DNA from: Octopus bimaculoides
Lineage: Eukaryota
Assembly: GCF_001194135.2 (NCBI RefSeq)
Contig: NC_068999.1
Location: 53,709,254 to 53,773,253 of the forward strand
DNA length: 64,000 nucleotides
Reading direction: 5' to 3'
The position numbers and the translations under genes are program-made. Position 1 is the first letter of the stretch; the number at the start of each line of letters is the position of its first letter. The notes under the pieces were generated by a model. That model did no database searches and had not been told where the DNA came from. It saw only the letters and a list, made by a program, of their open reading frames with translations. Of this stretch, positions 1 through 13,119 are shown piece by piece.

Positions 1-1927
1 AATATGTATACTTGTGTATTTAGTCATCCTGGATTTCTTTTATTTCAGAAGTGGTATTGTTAAGTGATTAAAATGCTTGTTCTACTCTTCTTGTGCATAT
101 ACTGTGGATGTTATCAAATAAATCACTTCAGACATCTCATCAGATAAGATATATGAACTCAAACTAACCCACAACATGAACTTATTCCTTCCTCCTTCAT
201 GATTGATTAGCTGAAATTAGATATGATTAAGTGCTGATAAATATATTACTATTGAGGATAGGTTACTTTAACTTTTATTGATAAGTTAACATTACACATT
301 CAATTGATTACAGTCAAATCATTTTCTACTCTGATATTGCACACATGTCACACCATACAACAATTCTTACTTACTCATGCCATAGTTCAAATCTTCCTGT
401 TTAATTAGTTTTCAGTGTTGAAGCGAATAAACCCAACTGAAAGCATAGTTTCATCCCAAACTTTTGCATATCCATATGTACATATCCAAAATACTTGTTG
501 CAGGAGACTAAGGGGGCCCACCCACAACCACAGTACTATCATTTAATTTTTTTTTTTTTTTTTTTGTTGAAAGTATTCTTTTCAACTGTCTACAAACACA
601 GCAAGGCTGAAATACTTAATGCATTCTTCCAGGAGTGAATAAAAAATTCTCAAACAGAGTCTTGCTTACAGGCATTCTTGTCTAAATAGCCAGTGTCTCT
701 GTGTAAGTATTCAGTAATATATTCTGATTAAGCTTGCTGACTTAAACTGCTTGGCCATCCTATTCACTGGGAAAAGAGAGAGAGAGAGAGAGTGAGACTG
801 AAGCATTAGTGCTTGTTTGCATCATTGAAAATGTTTCAGTGAAACTAGTAAATTAGGAAAAGTACGCATGCCATAGGAAGATGAAAATCTTGATATTTCA
901 AGCAAATCTCCTTTGTCAGAGAGAGAAAAGTTTTCTATACAGATGTGCTTCCCAAAGTGTTTCATATGGTTTATTTTCTTGTCAGACAGTCCATATATAC
1001 AATATTTAAAATTTATTGATATCTGCAACAGTTCTAATTGTGTTACTGGTATTGTGCTGTGATGTGGTTATAAACTATTCTATTTCTGAGACTTTTGATG
1101 CCTGCATCACACTTCTCTTTCTCTCTTCTCTGGAGATTATTCTGAAGAAAAGGTTTAGCCACCTGGGTTTAGTTAACATATCTCTATTTTTGTTGTTGAT
1201 TAGTTGCAGGTCAGTCCTGATCAAGCAGACTTATAATCAAATGTGTCCCAACCATGACAACTCCCATCTCCTTTTTAACAACATAATGTATCCAGAATTC
1301 CATTATGCATTGTGTCATGCCTTATTTAAATTGGTAGTGTGTGATCTGAAGAAGATATGGCTGCTATTTTCAGCAGATCAAGTAAGTGCATAAGTGGTTC
1401 CCTTATTAGCTCATGTTTTTCTTTTGGCTGTCTTTAATTTTCTTTCACTGTGTTGTTTACATCAATATATTTGGCATTTTCTGATATTACTGTCAAAATA
1501 TATCTGACTTTTATAGTTCACTGCTTCTTTATTGACACATACAGCTGTCTACTCTTATCATACTTGAAAACTACTCACAGAAGCTTGTTATGTCTCTATT
1601 TGATGCAGTGGTTCAGTAAAGAACAGCTGTTTATAGTTAGATTCTGCTTGAATCTTTTTTTCTTTTTATAAGTTAGTGTCAGAGAAAGAGGTGCAGTGCC
1701 CTTGATTTTGCAGTAATCCCTCCCTCTCACATAAAGGAGACTGATGTGACCAATGTTCATCATGAAGACCTGCATATGAACAAGAACTATGTTGACAATA
1801 TCCTTAGTTTGTTTCTTTTTCAGTAAAGCCATAGTATATCTGCTTTTAAATTGTAATCTTTTCGTTTAGTATGGTACTTCCTGGTTTGACTGGCCCTCAA
1901 TTTCTATCTGATAATATTGTATTCAAA

Positions 1928-2105
1928 TTTTGGCACAAGGCCAACAATTTTGGGGGAGGGGTTAGTTGATTACATCATCCCCAGTATTCAACTGGTACTT
2001 ATTTTATCGACCTCAACTTGGAGGTATTTGTACTCAGAACGTAAAGACAGATGAAACGCTGCTAAACATTTTGACCAACATGCTAGCAATTCTGTCAGTG
2101 CATTG
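1928..2105 (-). mobile_element. tRNA-derived SINE family B (Meta-domain-like core gcctttcatcctttcggggtcgat)
   Basis: Reverse complement of aggcggcgagctggcagaatcgttagc...gagttcaaat...gtaccag...gccttgtgccaaaa; a second copy at about 2510-2735. Confidence 0.8.
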
Positions 2106-2810
2106 GTTTCTCCTCTGACTAGGCAAAAGGAGAATAAGGAATTTTCTGATTTGTTTTTCTTTTTGTCTGAGATAGATAGAGACTGACTGATTACCTATTT
2201 TTAATCATTGTCAAAATATAGGAAAGGTGAAGTTGACTCTCATGTGATTTGAACTTCCAATACAAAAGGGAGAAATTTGATACAATTAGAAGCAGTGACC
2301 ACCTTATTTTATCAGCGAACCTTGCAGGTGCATCCACAGTGATGTGGTTAAGAAGTTCATAGCACTATCAATGTCATCAACTGGAGCCTCCACGACACAA
2401 AACAGAAGAATAGAATTTGGTGGGTGGAAAAATTCTGTGCTAAAATACATTGTGTGTGTGTTAGGGAGGGATGTATGTTACTATCTATGTATCTGAATCT
2501 TGTTTCTTTACTGCCCCCAGGGGGCTAAACATAGAGGGGACAAACAAGGACAGACAAACAGATTAAGTCGATTATATCGACCCCAATGCGTAACTGGTAC
2601 TTATTTAATTGACCTCGAAAGGATGAAAGGCAAAGTTGACCTTGGTGGAATTTGAACTTAGAACGTAGCGGCAAATGAAATACCGCTAAGCATTTCGCCC
2701 GACATGCTAGCGTTTCTGCCAGCTCACCACCTTAATGTATCTATCTACCTACCTACTCCCCCCCCTATATGTGTATCTTTCATCAATGTAAATCTTGTCA
2801 AGAAAACATA

Positions 2811-3190
2811 AGCACAGGTGTGGCTGTGTGGTAAGAAGCTTACTTCCCAAACACATGGTTCTGAGTTCAGTCCCACTGATTGGTATCTTGGGCAAGTGTC
2901 TTCTACTATAGCCCTGGGCTGACCAAAGCTTTGTGAGTGGATTTGGTAGATGGAAACGGAAGGAAGCCCATTGTGAGTGTGTCTTTGTGTCTGTCCCCCA
3001 ATGCTTGACAACCAGTGTTAGTGTGTTTACATTCCTGTAACTTAGTGGTTCAGCAAAAGAGACGATAGAATAATACCAGGCTTAAAAAAAGTAAGTACTG
3101 GGGTTGATTCATTTGACTAAAATTCTTCAAAGCAGTGCTCCAGCAGGACCACAATCTAATGAATGAAACATGTGAAAGAATAAAAGAATA
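2811..3190 (+). mobile_element. tRNA-derived SINE, family A (gtggctgtgtggtaag head)
   Basis: A-box/B-box head (tggctgtgtggtaag...gagttcagtccc), body ccaaagccttgtgagtggatttggtaga, tail gtgctccagca...gaaaca. Homologous copies at about 6180, 9085, 22494, 33764, 44390, 45715, 47255, 52245, 53095 and 55405. Confidence 0.85.
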
Positions 3191-3553
3191 AATGCTAAAA
3201 ACCTGGTGCTTCTCAAACGAAGTCTTTTGTGGCATTTGTTCAGCACTGAATTACAGACATTCCCCTTTGTCACACTTTCTATCAGAAATGCAATGAACCA
3301 TTGATTGATCTGCTGAAAACCTGTAACTTATGACACTATTGTTCACTAATTGTGATATAAAATACAAATAAAATGAATAAATGTTCTATTTCCTCTAATA
3401 CACAAATTCACCTGAAGGTAAAGGTTAAAGGTTAGAGATAATTCTATCAGAGAATGATTATTCTTGTTATGGCCTCTATAATGACCAAATTTTTATATCT
3501 GGATCCTTTATTATCAATTATTATCATTGTGTGACTTCCTTATTTTTATTATT

Positions 3554-3608
<55 letters not shown>

Positions 3609-3630
3609 CATTATTATTATTATTATTATT

Positions 3631-4150
3631 ACTGTGTGAGAGAGCAGCACATGCCATCAAAGTAACACTGGGTTAAAATATATGAAGCCCGATATACCCA
3701 TCATGACTACCCATCTGATAAGAGCATATGCATCACAACCATATGTGAGCAACATGTTGATATTATATCAAGATAAACAGAGCATGACCTTGCAGGTAGG
3801 GCCCAGTTAGAATTTTCTTCAGGTTGAGTAGCCCATCCTGCTCAAAAGGTCCCTGAATAAGGTTTGTTTAAGGATGAACAAAACACTCATGTTACCAGAG
3901 GTGAATTATTCAAATCCCAAAGAATTTCTCTCAACATATGGCTATAATGCTCCCTCACTACTTCTGCTCATGATCAGAGATGCACATATCGTCAGCTACT
4001 AAGGTTAAGATCAAGCAACTGACAAGTAAATCTGTGGTATGGAGCAGAATATTTGCTGTAGCCCATCTTTTATACCAATGTACATGATAACACTTCCAAT
4101 CACTTAAGATCAAAAGCCATGAGAGCCACTGCCTAGTACTGCATCAGGGC

Positions 4151-4152
<2 letters not shown>
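3631..4152 (-). mobile_element. About 520-bp interspersed element embedded in an (ATT)n microsatellite, possibly a non-autonomous R4/Dong-type retroelement
   Basis: Complex sequence bounded on both sides by pure (ATT)n (about 3555-3630 and 4154-4197). Recognised as an abundant octopus repeat; the R4/Dong assignment is inferred from its (TAA)n target. Confidence 0.45.
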
Positions 4153-4198
<46 letters not shown>

Positions 4199-4984
4199 CT
4201 GTGGTGGTGGTGGTGGTGGTGGTGGTGGTGGCACTTAAGCCATTTGCTCCCTAATGGTCATGGGCTCTGGGCTGTCTTTTCTGCTTCTCTCCAATTGACA
4301 TTAACACTCATATATGCAAAGAGAAATATATTCATACACATAAACAGAAAAAGAGAGCGGGGAGAGAAAGAAACACATTAAGATGTCTGATGTCAAATAA
4401 GTCTGCGTTGAATCAGTGACACCAAATAGGTGAGGCTCAAACAGTTGTGCCAAAGCATCTTATAACCAGATCAACCTGGGGGCTTAAGCTCTAGCAACAA
4501 CTGTGAAACAACAGACTTACTGGTTCCATCCATGAGAAGGTGAAGGACTGTTGTATATTGCTTAAGATCACATATCAGTTTATGTGATAGGCTTTGGTTC
4601 ATCATCATCATCATCATCATCACTTTTCTGTCCACTTTTCCCAGCTGACATGGAGGCAGTGTTTGACAGCCGGATGTGCTTTCTGATGCCAGCCATTTTA
4701 GCCGCAGCTTCTTATGACATGCATATTTTCCAGTTCAGTGTGTCCAGCAATTTAAAGACAGCTGAGGTGAAAGGTTAAAAGCTGTAGTTATGCTTATCAA
4801 CTATAATTATTTTAGAGATACACCCTCTAATGACCAGTTTCTCGAGCATTCAGTGACGTGATGTGAATGGTTCAATACTGGCTCCCTGTTACTACTACAG
4901 AGCCGTCTCATTCACTTGGAATCGTTCAGTTGTCAAAACAATCTGCAAAATCCTTTCAGATGCATATGCCACTCTCCGACGTCT

Positions 4985-5255
4985 CCTCTTCCTCCTTCAC
5001 CTTCTTTTCTCTTCCCCAACATCATCATCATCAACATGAGCAGCAGCATTCATCCTCTTTTCCTTTTGTTTGATTGCTTTTCTTCTCTCATCATTTATGC
5101 TGCTACTACTACTACTACTACTACTATGACTACCAATACCACCACCACCACTACTACCATCTCTACAACTACTACCAATATAGCTACCACCATCACCACT
5201 ATCTCTCTCACTGCTACCATTACCATAACCACAATTACCACTACAACTCAAACCA
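4985..5255. repeat. Compound trinucleotide microsatellite block (CAT/CAG/CTA/CAC)
   Basis: Direct inspection; similar blocks at about 8500-9050, 14400-14840, 16310-16720 and 20740-20940. Confidence 0.9.
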
Positions 5256-5402
5256 AGGAAATATTTCTGTCTTTGACACTCTTTATTAAATGACTATTGT
5301 TTTGTCTGGGAATATTACCAAAATCTCTCCCCCATGTCTCCCCCATGTCTCCCCCCCCTCTCTCTCTACTTTCTCATTCTCTTTATCTCTATCCCTTTCC
5401 TA

Positions 5403-5611
5403 NNNNNNNNNNNNNNNNNNNNNNNNNNNNNNNNNNNNNNNNNNNNNNNNNNNNNNNNNNNNNNNNNNNNNNNNNNNNNNNNNNNNNNNNNNNNNNNNNN
5501 NNNNNNNNNNNNNNNNNNNNNNNNNNNNNNNNNNNNNNNNNNNNNNNNNNNNNNNNNNNNNNNNNNNNNNNNNNNNNNNNNNNNNNNNNNNNNNNNNNNN
5601 NNNNNNNNNNN
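5403..5611. other. Assembly gap (other gaps: 35334-35386, 40205-40400, 60821-61059, 63331-63340)
   Basis: Runs of N, all adjacent to simple repeats. Confidence 1.
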
Positions 5612-5798
5612 ATATATCTTTCAATATCTCTCTCTGTCATTTTCTATCTACCTCACTCTCAGTCACACTCTATTTTCCTTTTCTACCCCATCTCTCTCCC
5701 TCTCTCTCTCCCTCTCTCTCTCTCCCTCTCTCTCTCTTTCACTCTGTCTGCCCATTCCAATATTCAAGTTATTTTCTGACTTTACCAAATGAGACTGA

Positions 5799-5948
5799 AT
5801 GGAATTTTCACACTTGAAGACTACTGATATATTCACTGAAGTGGAGCAGAAGTTGGTCGCTGTCTTTGGAGAAACATTATTAAGTCTCCAAGAGTTATAT
5901 GTGCATTTATTCAGAAACTACAGCCCCATGGGAAATTATTGGGGTTAA
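5799..5948 (+). mobile_element. Possible mariner transposase N-terminal HTH relic (49-aa ORF)
   Basis: TEVEQKLVAVFGETLLS resembles the mariner TEIHxxLxxVYGExxLS motif; no TIR seen. Confidence 0.25.
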
Positions 5949-5974
5949 GGGTTAGTGAAGAGGATGGGTAGTGA

Positions 5975-6007
<33 letters not shown>

Positions 6008-6179
6008 CATATTTATACACACAAGTGTGTATAGTTGCTCATACATATACTACACTCAGAAATATACTCTAATGCACGTAAGCACTAATATACAATGCAG
6101 TCATTTATATACACAAGTATATATCCAGAAATATACTCACTAACACACATGCACACAGATAACACTTAGATCAATACAT

Positions 6180-6545
6180 AGGCACAAGAGTGGCTGTGTG
6201 GTAAGTAGCTTGCTTACCAACCACATGGTTCTGGGTTCAGTCCCACTGCATGGCACCCTAGGCAAGTGTCTTCTACTATAGCCTCAGGCCAATCAAAGCC
6301 TTGTGAGTAGATTTGGTAGACAGAAGCTGAAAGAAGCCCATCGTGTGTGTGTGTGTGTGTGTGTGTCCCCAACATCACTTGACAACTGATGCTGGTGTGT
6401 TTACGTCCCTGTAACTTAGCGGTTTGGCAAAAGTGGCTGATAGAATAAGTACTAGGCTTACAAAAAATAAGTCCTGAAGTTGATTTGTTTGACTAAAGGC
6501 AGTGCTCCAGCATGGCCACAGTCAAACGACTGGAACAAATAAAGC
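6180..6545 (+). mobile_element. tRNA-derived SINE family A, near full length
   Basis: Same head, body and tail as the 2811 copy. Confidence 0.85.
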
Positions 6546-8808
6546 ACACATCCATAATTACTCTTAAAAAAAAGCACTATTTATGCAACTTGAATTTTCC
6601 AGTTTAGCAACGTCTTTAATAGTAGTGACTATATATAAAATATCTGCTTGTACACACAACAGGTGCATGCAGTCTCTGAAGAAATATCCAAAGAGGAACA
6701 AAACCAGTCAGGACAGGGAATAGACTATGTCTCCAGTCTGAAGCATTACATGAAGACTCCAGTCTTCATGTAATGCTTCCTAGTGCAATAAATGATAAGC
6801 CATGGTTACTTCCTCTTTTTCTCCCCAATCTTTCTTGGAATTCCTGCAAAACATTGTGTCCTCTGTCCTTCCTGCCCTGGCATGAAAATAATTAAAATAT
6901 GCATTTATCAAAATATCTGTTTCTTCATAACTGACAACAAAAGAAAAAAAAAACTTTAAGGAAAAAGACTTAATTTCAGGTTATGGCTTTATCTCAGTAA
7001 ATGCCAGTCTTTCTGATATCCAGTTTTTAACGCTAACTTCTTTTTTATTCTGTCTCTTAGTTTCAACATTATTGTTATCCATTGAATAGACAAGCAGACA
7101 TCTGTGCATGGTTTCTTTTTATTCAATGTAGTGGAAGACACTGATATACAGTTGTTTGGCAGAAGTAGGCTTGAGCTCCTAAGCATTATGGTTAAGATAT
7201 TTTACAACAAAACAGCTTGGCATACTGATATCAACTTTATAGTTGACATTGTTGTTGTTTAGCCACATGTCAATTTATTTGAGCAGATTTATAATCAAAG
7301 ACATTCCAGCTATGACCATCCCATATTTTTCCCATGCACATAAGCCCCCCGAGACTATATTTTCAACATGTCGTTTCTTAAGATGATAGAGTATGATGTG
7401 AAGAAGATTTGGCTGCTATTTCTAGCAGACTGAGTTACTACATGTTGGTTTGTCAAGTTGTTTGTTCTTAAGTGTTAGAAAAGCTCCAACCAAAGACAAA
7501 GTTCCAATTACCATGGATGTTCGAATTCTCATCTGTTGCTCATAAAAATTATGCTGCAACGACTGAGTTAGCATTGATAGGATTTAAAGCCATGTTACTT
7601 AACAGTCATTTGTTGCTATAACCCCAACTACTATTTGAGTATATAATTCACAGCTTTGACATACTACTTCACAGAGTGAAAGAGGACTGTTTTATCATGG
7701 GACATAATTGGCATGTACTGGTGACTGAGAATATTTAGTAATTTCTTGCAAGACACAGCTAAGAGGAGACCGAATCTGGAGAGAAAGTTTCTTTCTTAAG
7801 GTCACATCTTGGACAGAGAGAAGGTTAGAGAATCCAGGGTTAATATCTATTGTTTACCATTCTGCAGTAGATACAACTCAGTCTTAGTTGAGTGGGCTGG
7901 AGCAATAAAAAATGAAGTGCTTTGTCCAAGAACACAGCATGCTGCTTGGTCCAGGAACCAAACCCATGACCTTACAAACATCACCCAACAGCCTAACTAC
8001 TATATCATACACTTTGACCTTCTACATGGTTTGATATAAAAATTCTATTTGGGACAGGACACTGGGGCAAAAACTGACAACAGCTATTGAGAGAATTTTG
8101 AAATCATTACACACTATGAAAGGGTTTTGAAATGCAATATAATGCTTCAAGACATATGATTCTTTCTGCTGTCTTTTAAAAAGTTCCTTCAAACCTCGCT
8201 GCTGTATCGTGTTGGAAATAATGCCTCCTATTTTCATATTCTATAAACAGTGACAGATGGAGTGACACTTTTGGTAATGTGTGAAATGAGTGTGTGTGAG
8301 TGTAAGTGTACGCATATGTGTGAAGCAATGGAGGTGGTGGTTGAGAGGTTGTTATGTCACAAATCTAAGCCTCTTGAGAAAGGCCATTGAAAAAAGCTTC
8401 TGTCAGCTGTTACAACAGCTAGAATATCTGATAGGTCAATCATATGAGTGGTGCCAATCTAAAGGGTGGTGGTATTGGGGGGGTGATGGTAGGGGGGGGA
8501 AGAAATGGAAATGCTGGTGTTGATAATGCTTGTGGTGATGATGCTAGTAGAAGGGTGATGGTAATGTTAACATTGATGATGGTAGTGGAAGTGATACTAA
8601 TGTTGTTGGTATTGATGGTGGTAGAGATTGTGCTTGTGATAGTAGCGATGGTGATGATGATGATGGTGGTGGAATAGTGATGGCAGTGTTGTTCTTGTTG
8701 GAGGTGATTGTGATGATGGTGAAAGCATGATGTTGCTGCTTATTGTGGTAGGGAAGTTTTGTAATGGAAGAAATGTTGTTGCTGCTGCTGCTGCTGCTGC
8801 TGCTGTTG

Positions 8809-8840
<32 letters not shown>

Positions 8841-10907
8841 GGTGGTGGTGGTGGTGGTGGTGGTGGTGGTGGTGGTGGTGGTAGAAGGAAGTCAGCAATA
8901 TTGTTTATGTTAATGGAGGGGATGGTGATGATGGTGGAAAGGTAATGTTGTTGCTGCTGATTGTGATAGTGATGATGGTAGTGGAAGGAATGATGGCGGT
9001 GGTGGTGGTGGTAATGGTGATGGCAATGTTGGTGCTACTGCTTAACTTCAAGTCAGCCCTGATTGAAACAAACTTATGCCTGTGTGGTTGAGAAGCTTAC
9101 TTGGTCTCAGGTTCAATCCCATTGTGCAGCACCTTGGACAAGTGTCTTCTACCATAACCCTGGGCCAACCAAAACTTTGTGAGTGCATTTGATAGATATA
9201 AATGAAAGAAATCTATTTTGTGTATGTGTGTGTAAGTGTGTGTGCGCATGCGTATGTGCATGCATGCATGCATGTGTGTGTGTGTAGATAGAGTGATCCA
9301 CAGATAGATAGATGGATATGTATGTATATATGTGTGTATGTACCCTTATCTTGACATCACATGGTCATTGTAAATAAACATCAGTGTTATACAAGCAGTG
9401 TAGTTCTTTTTAAGTCTTCTGTAGAAAACATCTCTGGTCGTGGGGAAATATTACCTGACTTGGAAACAGGTGAGGGTTGGCAACAGGAAAGGCATCAGGC
9501 CATAGAAAATATCCCTCAACAAATTCTGCCTAGACCCTGCAAGCATGGGGAGGTGGACATTAAATGATAATGACGATGATTAGTACTAGGTATACTGTGT
9601 GCTAGGTATTGATCATGTTGTTTAGCCCCAGGTCAACACTAACTATGAACTGGCAGTCATTCAAACATTGGCTAGAACACTTCTTCGTATTTGTTTCAAT
9701 TCACTGTGTGTTGAGTTCAAATCCTGCCAAGGTCAACTTTGCCATCATCCTTTTGGAGTTAAATATTCAAAGTACCAATACACAGTGATAGATTGGTGGA
9801 AATATAAGAACATAGGATTAGCAGCATTTGTTCTGGCTCTTTGTGTTCTGGGTTCAAATTTCAACCCAAACCTACTTGGTTGGTAGACTTTATTTGTTTC
9901 TCAGTTCAACAACATTAGCTGATATCTACCCTTAACCTCCAGGTTTCTAACAGTTTCAGAGAAGAAAGAGAAAGAGAGAAAAAGAAAACAAAACAAAAAA
10001 ATTGAAGTTAAAATAAAACAGTAAATTAAAAGCCAAATCAAAACACATGTACACACACACACACGTTCACAGTAAAAGAATCCATTGTTTTAACAAAACA
10101 GTTTTAATGTTGTTGAGATTTGAAATATCAAAACATTCATGTCACTTTGCAGAAATCAAATTATTGAATAAACGTCCTCTACCTTCCACCTTTCCTAATT
10201 ATTTTTCTTCATGATTTATACATTTGCAGTATAATGCAAGATTGTTATTTCTTTCTAACCTTCCTTTATGTTTTTTTCTCTACTGTTTTGTAATTTATTT
10301 TCCCATTACTACTACAATATACTTACTATACATCACTGTTTTTTCTTCATTCATTTTTTTTTTCTTTTTTCACCTTTTGTGATGTATTTTTCTTTGCAAA
10401 ATTTGTACATTTTTGCGTGGGAATTGTAAAAACAACTGGTCTAACAGCTGGTGTCAGGAAGAACACCAACTATGTGAACCCTGAAATGACTGTGGTGGAG
10501 AAAGGTTATTGAAGGTTGGTTGTCTGTTTTTACAGGTAGACTGTCAAAGTCTGTTGTGCAAAATATTCTGGAGCAAGAATGTCTACGTTACTTGCTTAAG
10601 AACACAGGGTCGTTGTTACTGTCCCTGCCATCTTCATTACCATTGTTGTTGTTTGGGCTTCAGTCAGCACTGAATAAGCAGGCCCTTGATTGATCTAAGG
10701 CAGTCCAGTTACCATCTAGTTATTTTAGATATTATGTATCTTGGACTACAGTAGCCAGTGTAGGTCTATCCCATTTCAAGATTGAGGATTGTAATTTGGG
10801 ATATATTTGGCTACTATTTTCAACAGATTGGGTGACTGTTTTGCATTGTGTTTACCTCATTGATTAACACAATGCAATATTGTAACAAGTTTTGAACTCC
10901 TGTCCTT

Positions 10908-10938
<31 letters not shown>

Positions 10939-12945
10939 TTACATCTTGCTCACTTCTACTAAAGTTGTGATGTTTAGATGTTGTTATCAGTTTTCCTATC
11001 AACAAATCATCCACTCACTTTGCACTTTCTAAGCAGGGTGGGATAAGAGATCCCCTACTAGAAAAGCAGGTAAGGGTTAGAGATGGGAAGGGCCTCCAGC
11101 TGTAAAACAGTGTCTATATCCATGCAAATGCGTATGGAAAAATGGATGTAAAATAAAATAAAACAATACACAACAGGCTTCTTTACTTTCTTTACAACCA
11201 TGCCCATAACTTAATTATCATGGTTATAATAATAAAGATTTCTTTTTAATAATAATTACGACTACTTTTTTATTGACAATATCTTAGTAAAAGCGAGGGC
11301 TGTTGCAAAATCTCATTTCCTTTCCTAATAAACTGAGTATTTTATCTATGTTTTATAATTATTGCTATGTTTAACCTTTTAATCTTTATTTTTATACATT
11401 TCTTTGCTCATGTTTTTAAAACCTTTCATTTATTTCCAGGTAAGAAAATTATTACATTTTTGTTTCACCTAAAGGTAAATATGTTTTTTGACTTAATTTA
11501 AATAACCATTTGATTTTGCTTTCTTTCATTCTTCTTTGATCTTTAAGAGTTTCTGAAAATGACTTCAATTGTTTATTTCACCTTATTATACAGTAAACAG
11601 TCAGTTGGGGGAAAAACGGTTATATTAAACAAAACTATAAAAACTGTTAAATCAGTGTTAAATTATTTAACACACAAAGCATAAAGTAGCTTCCTTTTGT
11701 GGACAAACTTGAATTTTTCCAATAAATGACTTCAGTAGACATCTTTGTCGATATAAGTAGATTTTCTAATTTTGTCCCAGTATCTTACACCAGTTGGTTG
11801 ATGTACATAAATTGAGATATCCTTGCTTGATCTTTTGGTCTGAGAGGGTTTACAACCACCTACTATCTCCTCCTCCATGACTCACTCCTTTTTCCTTACA
11901 TCCCCTCAAACTGACAGTCACCTGTGCACATGTCTCCATCTATGTTCACCATAGACTGCTTTCACCTTGGTTCTTATCTCTATTGTCAGTTATTCTCATT
12001 TAACACTCTCATGAACCTATCTCTCTCAATCCACCTTCTTATACCTTGAGGGTGCACCCTGGTACCTCATTTGAGTGTTGTCTGGAGTAGGCACAGTCCA
12101 GTTGATTTTGTAGGGCTTTTGTTCGTGTCCACATTCCAGAACCATGGTAACATGAATGTCAAAACATTAAATAGTGAAAAGCAATAATTATGTGGAGGGG
12201 TAAAACAATTTTAATGTTAGCCACTAATGTTGTTTTAATTATTTTGGCAAGTATAAGACACAACTCCAAATGTGTTTTGGTTTTATTATGCTGCTATTAG
12301 CAAAGTATTGAATTCACTGTACTTACTGAAATAATAAGGAGACAATCATTAGATAAGTGTACAAAAATGTACACAGGTTGATGTAAAGATAGAGAGCAAA
12401 ATGCTAAAAAATGCTTTTTGTCTGAAAAAAACAATAGTTAAGTTAGAGTAAACATATTCAACGTAAGGATCATGACAAACTGACTAGAAATAACAACATA
12501 AGGCATTGATTAATAACTGTTTGTATTATTTTGGTTAATATGGGAGACAACTCTGGACTTGTTTTATGTTTATTATGACTTCATCAGCAAAGTATATTTG
12601 CTTCACTATACTTGCCGAAATAATGATTGTAGTATCACTAAGGAGATGTATAATAATGAATATTAGTTGGTGTAGGAAACTGTGTCTATAGTAACATTAC
12701 TTCATATTGAAAGTATTCAATAAGACCACCTTTCTGCTGTATAGTTCTAACATTAGCATCAGACCATAAATTGCAGGAAAGGGTTGCGAATCAATTAAAT
12801 GATGATGATGACGATGATAATGATGACACTGATGATGAAAACAAGCGTATTACTATTGAATTACAAAGTCTATATATAAAGACTTACTCTCTCTCTCTCT
12901 CCCTCTCTCCACTCCTCCTCCTCCTCTGTATGAGTATATTCACAT

Positions 12946-12985
<40 letters not shown>

Positions 12986-13073
12986 TATACTAATAGACAG
13001 ATAAATACAAATACATACACACACATATGCAAACATATCTCTCTCCCTCTGTCTTCTCTCTCTTTCTTTTTAT

Positions 13074-13119
<46 letters not shown>

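Noticed and set aside
2811-2885. tRNA genes at A-box/B-box-like motifs
   Set aside because: All continue into SINE bodies and lack a complete cloverleaf or acceptor stem.
4867-5293. Poly-Thr/His/Tyr/Ser ORFs in several frames (likewise at 8.4-8.9, 14.4-14.7, 16.1-16.6, 17.1-17.6 and 63.2-63.5 kb)
   Set aside because: They are produced by tri- and dinucleotide microsatellites that lack stop codons; no splice structure or domain.
5290-5817. Long ORFs spanning N runs (also at 39.9-40.6 and 60.6-61.2 kb)
   Set aside because: Open only because of assembly gaps.
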